From Acidobacteriota bacterium (GTDB lineage: Bacteria > Acidobacteriota > Thermoanaerobaculia > Multivoradales > JAHEKO01): 59,865 nt of DNA. The stretch is from the NCBI GenBank assembly GCA_029263375.1, contig JAJCXP010000025.1, positions 1 to 59,865 of the forward strand, read 5' to 3'. Made by a program: the position numbers and the translations under genes. Of this stretch, positions 52,457-59,865 are shown piece by piece. The notes beneath the pieces were generated by a model, which ran no database searches, was not told the DNA's origin, and saw nothing but the letters and a program-made list of their open reading frames with translations. How positions within the stretch are numbered: position 1 is the first letter of the stretch; each line of letters opens with the position of its first letter.

Positions 52457-55400
52457 CTATTCGTCGCCCGGAATCGCCCTGCCGGTGCTCCACGGCACCT
52501 TCGCGGCGTCGAGGCCCGCCTCGAGTGCGGGCATCTCTTGCTCCAGGATCGCCTTGAAGCCCGACTGGATCTCGGCGAAGTCCTCCTGGGCGATCTCGAA
52601 CTGGCGCTTGTGCATCGCCGTCGGACCGTAGGTCGACAGGAAGTTTCCGATGCCGACCGCACCCAGACGCTGGAGCACGCTGACCGGCCCCGGATCGCCG
52701 AAGTTGTCGCGACGGTCGTTGCCGGCCAGACGCTCGTGCAGGGCGATCACGCGGCGCTCGATGCCGCGCGTCCGGTCGCCGAGCTCGTGGTTGGACGCCG
52801 TCGACTGCAGCAGCGCGCCCTTGATCGCCTTGAGCTTGGCCTCGGTCTCGTGGAAGAGGGTATGCGTCGCTTCGGCCACCCGGTCCATCTCGGCCATCTC
52901 GCGCCAGAACGCCACGACCACCGCGGGCTCGGCGCCCTTGAGACCGCGCTCACGCATCGGCACGACCTCGAAGCTCTGCGACTTGCCGAGGTCGGTGACC
53001 TTGCCGTCGACCCGCTTCGCCATCCTGACGGTGTAGGTGCCGGGTGCGACCAGGTGGCCCGCATTGCCGAACGGTCCGCCGCCGCCGGCTTCGGGATCGA
53101 ACGGCGCAGGGTTCGGATAGGCCAGATCCCAGGCGACGCGGGAGATGCCGGCCGTGCCCGGCGTCTCGACCCGGCGCACGACGTTGCCGCCGGAATCGCT
53201 GACGGTGAAGATCAGGACCGGATCCTCCTCGATCTCCTCGAGGCCGAGCGCATCCCAGCCCGGATACGGATTGTCGCCACCCTTCTCCTTTACCTTCTTC
53301 TCCTGCTCGCTGCGCACCTGCTTGCGGGTCTTCAGATCGTCCTTGAGGTAGTAGCTGAAGACCGCGCCGAACGGCGGGTTGTCGGCGGTGAAGAAATCCG
53401 CCCCCTGAGACGCCTTGCGGCCGCCGCCGAGCGTCCGCCGCTCGAGATACCACAGGGCATCCCTGACCGGAAAGAGCTCCGCCTCCTGCTCGAACGTCGC
53501 CTCGGAGACGCTGCGCAGCGGCGAATAGTCGTCGAGAATGTAGAAACCGCGGCCAAAGGTCGCGCCGACGAGATCGTTCTCGCGCCGCTGGATCGCCAGG
53601 TCGCGGAACGGGATGGTCGGCGCGCCGCCCTCGAGCTTGATCCACTTGGTGCCGCCGTCGACGGTGAAGAACACGCCGAACTCGGTACCCGCGAACAGCA
53701 GCTTCGGGTTGACGTGATCCTGCACCAGACGCCAGACCACATGGCGATCGGGTAGATCGCCGACGATGCTCTTCCAGGTGCGACCACGATCGGTGCTCTT
53801 GAAGATGTAAGGCGTGAAGTCGCCCTGCTTGTGGTTGTCGACCACCACGTAGGCGGTCCCTGCATCGTGCAGGTCGGCCTTCACGTCGTTGACGAAGAAG
53901 TAGTCCGCGACTCCCGGCAGCGAGCCGATCCGGCGCCAGTTCTGCCCGCTGTCCTCGGTCACCTGGATCAGGCCATCGTCGGTGCCGACGTAGAGCAGAT
54001 TCTCATCGAGCGGCGACTCGCCGACCGAGGTGATCGTGGCGTACTTCGACATCGCCCACAGATCCCAGACGGCGTCGAAGCTCCAGACCCGGCCCATCAT
54101 CGGCAGCGTCAGCCGATCCTCGCCGCGCGACAGATCGCCGGAGAGCGGCGTCCAACTGTCGCCGCGATTGTCGCTGCGCCAGAGTCGCTGACTCGCGAAG
54201 TAGAGCCGCGCCGGGTCGTGAGCGCTGATCAGAATCGGCGAGTCCCAGTTGAAGCGGTCCGACTCCTCGTCGGCCTCGGGTTGCGGCTGGATGTAGATGA
54301 TCTCGCCGGTCTTGCGATCCCAGCGCGTGAGGTTCCCCTCCTGCCACTCGGAGTAGACGATGTTGGGATCGGTCGGGTCGATCGCCGGCTGGTGGCCGTC
54401 GCCGAACAGGGTGATCTGCCAGTCGGAGTTGCGGATGCCGTGGATGTTGTCGGTCCGCGACGGCCCGTACTGCGTGTTGTTGTCCTGGGTGCCGCCGACC
54501 ACGTTGTAGAACGGCTCGTCGTAGTCGACCGCCACCTTGTAGAACTGCGTCACCGGCAGGTTGGCGATGAACTTCCAGCTCTTGCCCAGATCCCAGCTCT
54601 CGTAGACGCCGCCGTCGGCGCCGTTCAAGAGGTAGTCGGGATCGTTGGGATCGAAGGCCAACGCGTGATTGTCGCCGTGCTTGTGCTCCTCGCCGACCTG
54701 CACGAAAGTCTGGCCGCCGTCCTCGGAGACGTGCATGCGCGGGTCCATCTGGTAGATCCGGTCGAACTTGTGCGGGCTGGCGAAGATCTCCTGGTAGTAG
54801 TGCGGACCGGTGCCGCCCGAAAGGTAGTCGCTGCGCTTCTCCCAGCTCTCGCCACCGTCCGCGGAGCGGTAGAAGCCCCCCAGGCGATGGGCCAGTTCGA
54901 TGGTGGCGTAGACCACGTCGGGGTGCTGCGGCGAGATCGCCAGACCGATCTTGCCCATGTCCTCCCCGGGCAGGCCGGTCGCCAGCTTGCGCCAGGTGGC
55001 CCCACCGTCGGTCGACTTGTGGATGCCGCTCTCTGGGCCGCCGTCGAGCAGCGCCGCGACGGTTCGGAATCGTTGGTGGGTCGCGGCGTAGAGCACGTCC
55101 GGATCGCGGGGATCCATGCGCACCTCGTTGACGCCGGTGTACTCACCGCCGCCGAGAATCATCTCCCAGGTGGCGCCGCCGTCGGTGGTCTTGTAGAGGC
55201 CACGCTCACCGCCGGCGGACCAGAGCGGTCCCTGGACCGCGACGAACAACGTGTTCGAGTCCTCGGGGTGGACGATGACGTTGCCGATGTGCTCGGACTT
55301 GCCGAGCCCGACGTTCTCCCACGTAGCGCCGCCGTCACGACTCCGGTAGAGGCCGTCGCCGTAGCCGACGTGCCGGCCGCCGACGTTCTCGCCGGTGCCC

Positions 55401-55753
55401 ACCCAGATGGTCGACGGGTTGTTCGGGTCGACGGTGATGCAACCGATCGAATAGGAGCCCTGGCCGTCGAAGATCGTGCTCCAGGTAGTGCCGGAGTTGG
55501 TGGTCTTCCAGACGCCGCCCGAGCCGACGCCGACGTACCAGACGCTCTGGTCGGTCGGATCGACCGCGATGTCGGCAATCCGGCCGGACATCAGCGCCGG
55601 GCCGATGCCGCGCATCTCGAGCCCCTTGAAGGTCGAGGCCTGCATCTTGGAGGTGTCTTCGACCTCCACCGTTTTCTTGTCTTTCTCCTTGGCCGCCCAC
55701 GCAGCGGGCAGAGTTAGAGCCATCAGGACAGCCAGCGCCTTGGCAAGCTTCAT
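52457..55753 (-). CDS. Secreted sortilin/VPS10-like BNR-repeat beta-propeller protein (glycoside-hydrolase-like)
   Basis: The start is at ATG 55753 (MKLAKALAVLMALTLPAAWA). It has many SxDxGxTW motifs (SRDGGATWE, TTDGGATWE, STDGGATWR, SADGGESWE, STDRGRTWK). The 169-codon track extension is rejected. Confidence 0.8.
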   Translation of the reverse strand: MKLAKALAVLMALTLPAAWAAKEKDKKTVEVEDTSKMQASTFKGLEMRGIGPALMSGRIADIAVDPTDQSVWYVGVGSGGVWKTTNSGTTWSTIFDGQGSYSIGCITVDPNNPSTIWVGTGENVGGRHVGYGDGLYRSRDGGATWENVGLGKSEHIGNVIVHPEDSNTLFVAVQGPLWSAGGERGLYKTTDGGATWEMILGGGEYTGVNEVRMDPRDPDVLYAATHQRFRTVAALLDGGPESGIHKSTDGGATWRKLATGLPGEDMGKIGLAISPQHPDVVYATIELAHRLGGFYRSADGGESWEKRSDYLSGGTGPHYYQEIFASPHKFDRIYQMDPRMHVSEDGGQTFVQVGEEHKHGDNHALAFDPNDPDYLLNGADGGVYESWDLGKSWKFIANLPVTQFYKVAVDYDEPFYNVVGGTQDNNTQYGPSRTDNIHGIRNSDWQITLFGDGHQPAIDPTDPNIVYSEWQEGNLTRWDRKTGEIIYIQPQPEADEESDRFNWDSPILISAHDPARLYFASQRLWRSDNRGDSWTPLSGDLSRGEDRLTLPMMGRVWSFDAVWDLWAMSKYATITSVGESPLDENLLYVGTDDGLIQVTEDSGQNWRRIGSLPGVADYFFVNDVKADLHDAGTAYVVVDNHKQGDFTPYIFKSTDRGRTWKSIVGDLPDRHVVWRLVQDHVNPKLLFAGTEFGVFFTVDGGTKWIKLEGGAPTIPFRDLAIQRRENDLVGATFGRGFYILDDYSPLRSVSEATFEQEAELFPVRDALWYLERRTLGGGRKASQGADFFTADNPPFGAVFSYYLKDDLKTRKQVRSEQEKKVKEKGGDNPYPGWDALGLEEIEEDPVLIFTVSDSGGNVVRRVETPGTAGISRVAWDLAYPNPAPFDPEAGGGGPFGNAGHLVAPGTYTVRMAKRVDGKVTDLGKSQSFEVVPMRERGLKGAEPAVVVAFWREMAEMDRVAEATHTLFHETEAKLKAIKGALLQSTASNHELGDRTRGIERRVIALHERLAGNDRRDNFGDPGPVSVLQRLGAVGIGNFLSTYGPTAMHKRQFEIAQEDFAEIQSGFKAILEQEMPALEAGLDAAKVPWSTGRAIPGDE

Positions 55754-55940
55754 CGTCGAGCCTCCTCGTGTCGAATCTCTTGTCGATTGGGGCCGCGCCA
55801 GGCACGGCATCGCAGAGCGTAGCAGACGCCTGACACCGCAGACGCCGCGGGTCACCGCGTCCACCTGGCGATTCGCCACGCTCTTTCTACTGCTCGTGCT
55901 ACGACTCGACGGGCGAAAAGTTCTGGTCGATTCTCGGGCC

Positions 55941-56008
55941 GGTGCCACTCGAATGTCGGGAGATCGCTCGGGTAGGTGCCGGGTAGGTGCCGCTCGAGTG
56001 TCGGGAGA
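55941..56008 (+). repeat. Direct repeat of a 23-nt motif (21/23 identical) 45 bp apart, with a tandem 11-mer (gggtaggtgcc x2) between, in a divergent promoter region
   Basis: ggtgccactcgaatgtcgggaga lies at 55941-55963 and ggtgccgctcgagtgtcgggaga at 55986-56008. gggtaggtgcc occurs at 55970-55980 and again at 55981-55991. Confidence 0.6.
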
Positions 56009-56126
56009 GTGTGGCGACCGCCACACGAATCGGCATCGTCCTGTTCCGAAATCGCACTCCCGCTGTCTTACTCCCTGAGCAGGGGCCATAGCGGTCCCGC
56101 AGACCCCACAAGAAAGAGGAGGAATC

Positions 56127-56510
56127 ATGATCAAGAAATTCGCATTGCTGGCAGCTCTGATGGTTGCCGTCGTCGTACCCGCCGTAGCCCAGGTGCCGCC
56201 ATTCGAGGCCGAGATTGACTGCGGCGGCGTCTTCCAGCCTGGCGCGAGCGTGCCGTTCACCGCACGCTTCGAGAACCAGACGCTTCAGGTTCAGAGCCTC
56301 GACATGACGATCGCGTTCGCGATTCCGGGCCAGGGGCAGCGGGATCTGATCAACCGAACCGTGGTCCTCAACCCCAACCAGGATCGCGACTTCAACCGTA
56401 ATCTGAATCTCCCGGCCAGCGCCCCCACGGGCAGCTACTCGATGAGCATCACCGCCTCGAACGGCACCGACACGGCGTTCGACACCTGTTCATTCAACGT
56501 CGTGCCCTGA
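56127..56510 (+). CDS. Small secreted protein, paralogue A (Ig/CARDB-like fold suspected)
   Basis: It has a GAGGAGG SD and a signal peptide (LLAALMVAVVVPAVAQ). A conserved Cys pair is present (EIDCGG...DTCSFNVVP). Confidence 0.65.
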   Translation: MIKKFALLAALMVAVVVPAVAQVPPFEAEIDCGGVFQPGASVPFTARFENQTLQVQSLDMTIAFAIPGQGQRDLINRTVVLNPNQDRDFNRNLNLPASAPTGSYSMSITASNGTDTAFDTCSFNVVP

Positions 56511-56545
56511 TCCGGGCCCGAACCGAAAAGCAAAGGAACGAATCC

Positions 56546-56932
56546 ATGAAGACTCTCTTCACCTCCCTGGCACTTGCCATCGTCCTGCTCGCGGCCGTTC
56601 CGGCCACCGCCCAGGTATTCCCTTTCGAGGCCGAGGTCGACTGCGACGGCATCTTCAGCGGCGGCCAGAGCGTGCCCTTCCTGCTGGAGTTCTCGAATCG
56701 CACCCTCGAGCAGAAGAACCTCGACATGACCCTGAGCGCCAACATCCCGGGCATCGGCGAGCGCACCCTGATTCAGCGGGTGGTCTCCCTCGGCCCGAAT
56801 CAGGATCGCTTCATCAACCGCCAGTTCAACCTGCCGGCCAGCGCTCCGTCCGGCAACTGGGTGATGACGATCACTGCGACCGACGGCGTCGACTCGACGT
56901 TCGACACCTGCTCGTTCAACGTCGTGCCCTGA
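56546..56932 (+). CDS. Small secreted protein, paralogue B
   Basis: By eye it is roughly 55-60% identical to paralogue A. It has the same length, the same Cys positions and an identical C-terminus (FDTCSFNVVP). Confidence 0.65.
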   Translation: MKTLFTSLALAIVLLAAVPATAQVFPFEAEVDCDGIFSGGQSVPFLLEFSNRTLEQKNLDMTLSANIPGIGERTLIQRVVSLGPNQDRFINRQFNLPASAPSGNWVMTITATDGVDSTFDTCSFNVVP

Positions 56933-56942
56933 CCTTTCCACC

Positions 56943-57003
56943 CACTGGCTCCCGCCCGCCGCATAACCCCCACTCCGAGGCCGGTCGGGGGCCAGTGTTT
57001 TTT
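56943..57003 (+). terminator. Rho-independent terminator after the paralogue pair
   Basis: The outer stem cactggc (56943-56949) pairs with gccagtg (56991-56997). There is inner ctccga / tcgggg pairing. The structure is followed directly by tttttt (56998-57003). Confidence 0.55.
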
Positions 57004-57090
57004 CCTCCCCCTCCCCTTCTACCCCCTCACCCTGCACGCGGACGCGAGCCTCACGAGGCGCGAGTTCGCTCCGACGCAACAACGACCGGC

Positions 57091-58434
57091 TCAGTGCACG
57101 TCGTACGCGCCGCCGCCGATGAACTCGCGCAGCAGCGAGGTCGCCGGCACCTTGGCCTCGTCGCTGGCACTGGCGTCGGCGATCGACTCGAGCAGATCGC
57201 TGATCCGGCGGGCCCGCAGGTAGCCGTCGAGCCGCTCCTCGCGGTCGCGCCACTTCTCCAGGAAGGGCGCCAGGTGGTGGCCGAGGTGACGCTCGAGGAG
57301 CGGCAGCTCGTAGGCCAGGGCGCTGTTGACCTGGTAGTCGGCCAGGCTCTGGAACGGGATGATGTGCTTGAGCTCGCTGCGCCGCACGAAGTGCCAGTGA
57401 AGGATCGTCTTCTCTGGTGAGTAGGCGCGGAACTTCGAGTCGCGAATCATCCGCCGCAGCAGCCGGATGTCGGTCCAGCGCACGTAGCGGCCGCTGCTGT
57501 TCTTGAGCTGGGCGATGGTCTCGATGTAGATCTTGAACTTGTGCTCGGCGGCGACGCTGGCGGTGAGCCCGTCGTAGAGACCGTGGAGCGTGTCGAGCAG
57601 GATCAACGTTCCCTTCTCCGGCTCGAAGCGAGTCGTCTCGCCGGTCCGCTTGCCGCTCTTGAAGTCGTACACCGGCACGTCGATGCCCCGGCCGCGGTCG
57701 AGCTCCGAGAGATGCTCGTTGATCAGCGGCAGGTCGAGAGCCTCGGGCGTCTCGAAGTCGTAGTCGCCGAACTCGTCCTTCGGGTGCAGCTCGAGATCGA
57801 AGAAGTAGTTGTCGAGCGCCAGCGGGATCACATCGGCGCCCGCGGCCTGCAGACGGTGCATGATCTTGTGAGTGGTCGTGGTCTTGCCCGAGCTGCTCGG
57901 CCCGGCAACGATGATGAAGCGCAGGTCGTCACGGCGCTCGAGGATGGCGGCCGCGGCGCCGTCGAGAATCGACTCGTAGCGGGCATCGCTGGCCTCGATC
58001 AACTCGCCGAGCCGACCCGTGCCGATGATCTCGTTCAACCCGTCCACCGTCTGGCATCCCTGTTCGACCGCCCAGTCGAGCGCCTGCCACATCTGCTTGT
58101 AGGGCACGTACTCGAGCTTGTCCGACTGCCGCAGTGAGCGCATCCGCGCCCGGTTCGAGCGATAGAGGATGTACGACTTGGCGGTGCGCGCGTGGCCGTT
58201 CTTGATCAGGATCCGCTCGACGATGTCCTGAGTCTCCTCGACCGTCGGCGAGGACTCCTCGGTGTAGGTCCCCTCGAGCGCCGCCACGACCTCGTCGCTC
58301 AGCCGCTCCGAGAGCTCCCGGTCGTGACCACCGATCGCGGCGGCCGCTTTGTAGATCGCGACGGTGATCTTCTCGCGATCGAACGGCGCCACCTCACCGT
58401 TGCGCTTGATGATCGTGCGGATCTCGTTTCCCAT
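57091..58434 (-). CDS. ATP-cone domain fused to a uridine kinase / phosphoribulokinase-family P-loop kinase
   Basis: The N-terminal ATP-cone reads IIKRNGEVAPFDREKITVAIYKA...ILYRSNR. The P-loop is IIVAGPSSSGKTTT, followed by LDNYF...YDFETPEALD..., typical of the UDK/PRK family. Confidence 0.8.
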   Translation of the reverse strand: MGNEIRTIIKRNGEVAPFDREKITVAIYKAAAAIGGHDRELSERLSDEVVAALEGTYTEESSPTVEETQDIVERILIKNGHARTAKSYILYRSNRARMRSLRQSDKLEYVPYKQMWQALDWAVEQGCQTVDGLNEIIGTGRLGELIEASDARYESILDGAAAAILERRDDLRFIIVAGPSSSGKTTTTHKIMHRLQAAGADVIPLALDNYFFDLELHPKDEFGDYDFETPEALDLPLINEHLSELDRGRGIDVPVYDFKSGKRTGETTRFEPEKGTLILLDTLHGLYDGLTASVAAEHKFKIYIETIAQLKNSSGRYVRWTDIRLLRRMIRDSKFRAYSPEKTILHWHFVRRSELKHIIPFQSLADYQVNSALAYELPLLERHLGHHLAPFLEKWRDREERLDGYLRARRISDLLESIADASASDEAKVPATSLLREFIGGGAYDVH

Positions 58435-58932
58435 CCGGATCGAGAATAGCGCAAGGACGCGCCACCAGTTTGCGTCATCTCCAGTGTCGTCCGGCGCCGG
58501 CTCGACAGACGACGGAGCTCACGAGGACGAAAAGCCCTCAGCACGCTCCGCCCCAGAAGCCGAACTCGCAACCCGAGTCACACACGAACTCGACACTGGA
58601 GGTACTTGACCATGCGCACTCGAACTCGTCTGCACGCGGCCGGATTCATCTGGTCCGACTAGCCCAGATCGGGGCGCCGGGCTCGCGATGGCTCGCTCCG
58701 CTCGTCTGCGCGTCGAACCGACGCTCGAGGAGCGGTCGCGACCCGCGGCCCGGCGCTCTAGACACCCGCCCAGAGTGCTACCGTAGCCCCTTCAACGTGA
58801 GTCGGAGCGCGGAGCTGATCGCAACGGATGAGGGCGACAACCTTCGCCTCGGGTCGAATCGAGGCGCGGGGTGAGTCGCTCTCTGAGGTTCGGGAGGCGC
58901 CACGCTCGGACGTTTAAGGGAGAGGGGTTGCG

Positions 58933-59865
58933 ATGACGCTGATGAAGCTCATGGATTCCAGGTATCGATCGCAGCGGCTGGTCTGGACAGGGCTGCTCTT
59001 GCTGCTCGCGGCCGGCGGTGCTCATGCCGGCTCGATCGGCGGCGTGGTCTTCGACGACCGCGATCGCGACGGCATCTTCGACGGCGGCGAGCTGCCGCTG
59101 CGCAACGCGCGCGTCCAACTGGTCGGGCAGGATGGCGCGGTCGTTCTTCAGGCTCGCAGCGGCGTCGACGGCAGTTGGCTGTTCGCGGGTCTCGCGGACG
59201 GCGACTATGTGGTTTCGATCGAGCCGCGCGGCTACCGTCACTCACTCCCGAACCCGGTGGCGGTGCCCTCGCCGATCCCCGACTTCCCGTTCGGCAGTCC
59301 GCGCTACAGCACCTTCGAGAACCTGGTGCGCGTGCTGCGTGACGGCAGCAGCTTCCGACACGTCGGGCTCGGCGACTCGATCGGCTTCGGCTTCAACTTC
59401 TGCGGCTCGCTCCTGGGGGAGGACGGCTACTTCGAGCCGACGTCCTCGAGACTGGCCGGAACCACCGCACCGGCGCTGATTGCCGACAAGCAGTCGATCC
59501 CCGGTCACGAGACCCACCACCTGCTGGAGCCCGGTGGCAGCTCGGACTTCCCGTTCACCGACAACGACATTTTCTACGCCGTCGACACCGGCGCCGATCT
59601 GGTCAGCATCTCGATCGGCGGCAACGACTTCCTGGGTGCCGAGGACGGCGGCGACCCGGCGGTCGCCGCGGCACTGGTGATCGCCCGCCGCAACATCCAG
59701 GAGATCCTGTCGAGCCTGCTCACTGAGCTGCCCGAGGCTGCGGTCGAGATCAACACGGTCTACGACAACGAGGAGGGCGGCGACGCGCTGCACAACGTGT
59801 GGGTGCCGATCTGGGACCAGGTCGTGCGCGAGGCCGCCTGGGCGCAGGACCGACCGGTGCGGATC
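58933..59865 (+). CDS. Secreted SGNH/GDSL hydrolase with N-terminal SdrD-B/carboxypeptidase-regulatory-like domain; 3' end beyond the window
   Basis: This gene is not in the supplied ORF track because it has no stop inside the window. I translated it codon by codon and found no stop from ATG 58933 to 59865. It has a GGGAGAGG SD and a signal peptide (LVWTGLLLLLAAGGAHA). GSIGGVVFDDRDRDGIFDGGE...DGSWLFAGLADGDYVV marks the N-terminal domain. SGNH block I (GLGDSIGFG) and block III (SIGGNDF) follow. Confidence 0.75.
   Translation, partial: MTLMKLMDSRYRSQRLVWTGLLLLLAAGGAHAGSIGGVVFDDRDRDGIFDGGELPLRNARVQLVGQDGAVVLQARSGVDGSWLFAGLADGDYVVSIEPRGYRHSLPNPVAVPSPIPDFPFGSPRYSTFENLVRVLRDGSSFRHVGLGDSIGFGFNFCGSLLGEDGYFEPTSSRLAGTTAPALIADKQSIPGHETHHLLEPGGSSDFPFTDNDIFYAVDTGADLVSISIGGNDFLGAEDGGDPAVAAALVIARRNIQEILSSLLTELPEAAVEINTVYDNEEGGDALHNVWVPIWDQVVREAAWAQDRPVRI

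Noticed and set aside
52202-55717. Two long plus-strand ORFs (52202..53755 and 53831..55717) opposite the sortilin/BNR gene.
   Set aside because: They are shadow ORFs. The minus strand carries many SxDxGxTW BNR motifs and a signal peptide.
58435-58932. A ~500-bp ORF-poor spacer upstream of both the ATP-cone kinase gene and the SGNH hydrolase gene, which I considered as a riboswitch or sRNA locus.
   Set aside because: I could not recognise any known riboswitch core or a convincing conserved hairpin-plus-U-tract. I leave it as unexplained spacer, and an Rfam scan would settle it.
59242-59793. A 183-aa minus-strand ORF, plus 59018..59479 on the plus strand, at the window end.
   Set aside because: Both overlap the open SGNH-hydrolase frame, which has a signal peptide and catalytic blocks. 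They are shadow ORFs.
1-59865. I searched by eye for tRNA, rRNA, integrase, transposase and phage genes. I also looked for direct repeats flanking the low-G+C island at 37372-39257.
   Set aside because: I saw no T-loop-like GGTTCGAATCC-type motifs and no rRNA-like stretches. I recognised no recombinase-like translation and no att-like direct repeats flanking the island. Absence by eye is weak evidence, so tRNAscan-SE and Infernal should be run.

Overview
This is a 59.9-kb, high-G+C segment (about 65-70% by eye and spot counts, not computed). It appears to come from a diderm bacterium: there is a TonB-dependent receptor, outer-membrane barrels and many Sec or lipoprotein signal peptides. The TIGR02266-like PilZ domains and the many secreted amidohydrolases hint at an Acidobacteriota- or Myxococcota-like lineage, but that is inference only. 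I can support about 52 protein-coding genes. I found no rRNA, tRNA, CRISPR array, integrase or transposase. Because of the G+C content, most long ORFs in the six-frame track are antisense shadow ORFs. Several track ORFs also carry spurious N-terminal extensions, which I trimmed using signal peptides, Shine-Dalgarno (SD) motifs and stop/start overlaps. One real gene, an SGNH hydrolase at 58933..59865, is missing from the track because it runs off the window end. Recognisable content includes an apparently orphan topoisomerase VI A subunit. There is an ECF sigma / anti-sigma / 2x DUF4252 operon, and a rimK operon with a retropepsin-like protease and an M14-like enzyme. Four secreted amidohydrolases are present, one fused to a PD40 beta-propeller. 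Also present are a TonB receptor next to an ABC-2 exporter, xthA, a PLP decarboxylase, a sortilin/BNR-repeat protein and an ATP-cone/uridine-kinase fusion. Cyclic-di-GMP (c-di-GMP) parts are unusually dense: three PilZ proteins and one GGDEF/EAL protein. The top candidate for an undescribed system is the minus-strand operon at 41422..52275. It encodes a tandem retropepsin-like protease, a B12-binding radical SAM enzyme, a processive-type GT2 synthase, a SAM methyltransferase, a beta-helix protein, a membrane PAS-like protein, an outer-membrane beta-barrel and a degenerate GGDEF(I-site)/EAL protein. Six of its seven junctions are overlapping stop/start codons. The second candidate is a low-G+C two-gene island at 37560..39244, encoding a membrane-anchored DUF4062/TIR-like protein and a membrane coiled-coil protein. 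Non-coding oddities are a 183-bp MITE-like palindromic element, inverted arrays of a 33-42-nt hairpin repeat between convergent genes, an AT-rich 20-bp perfect inverted repeat, and a duplicated ECF-type promoter motif. All family assignments come from reading the translations. No database search was run.
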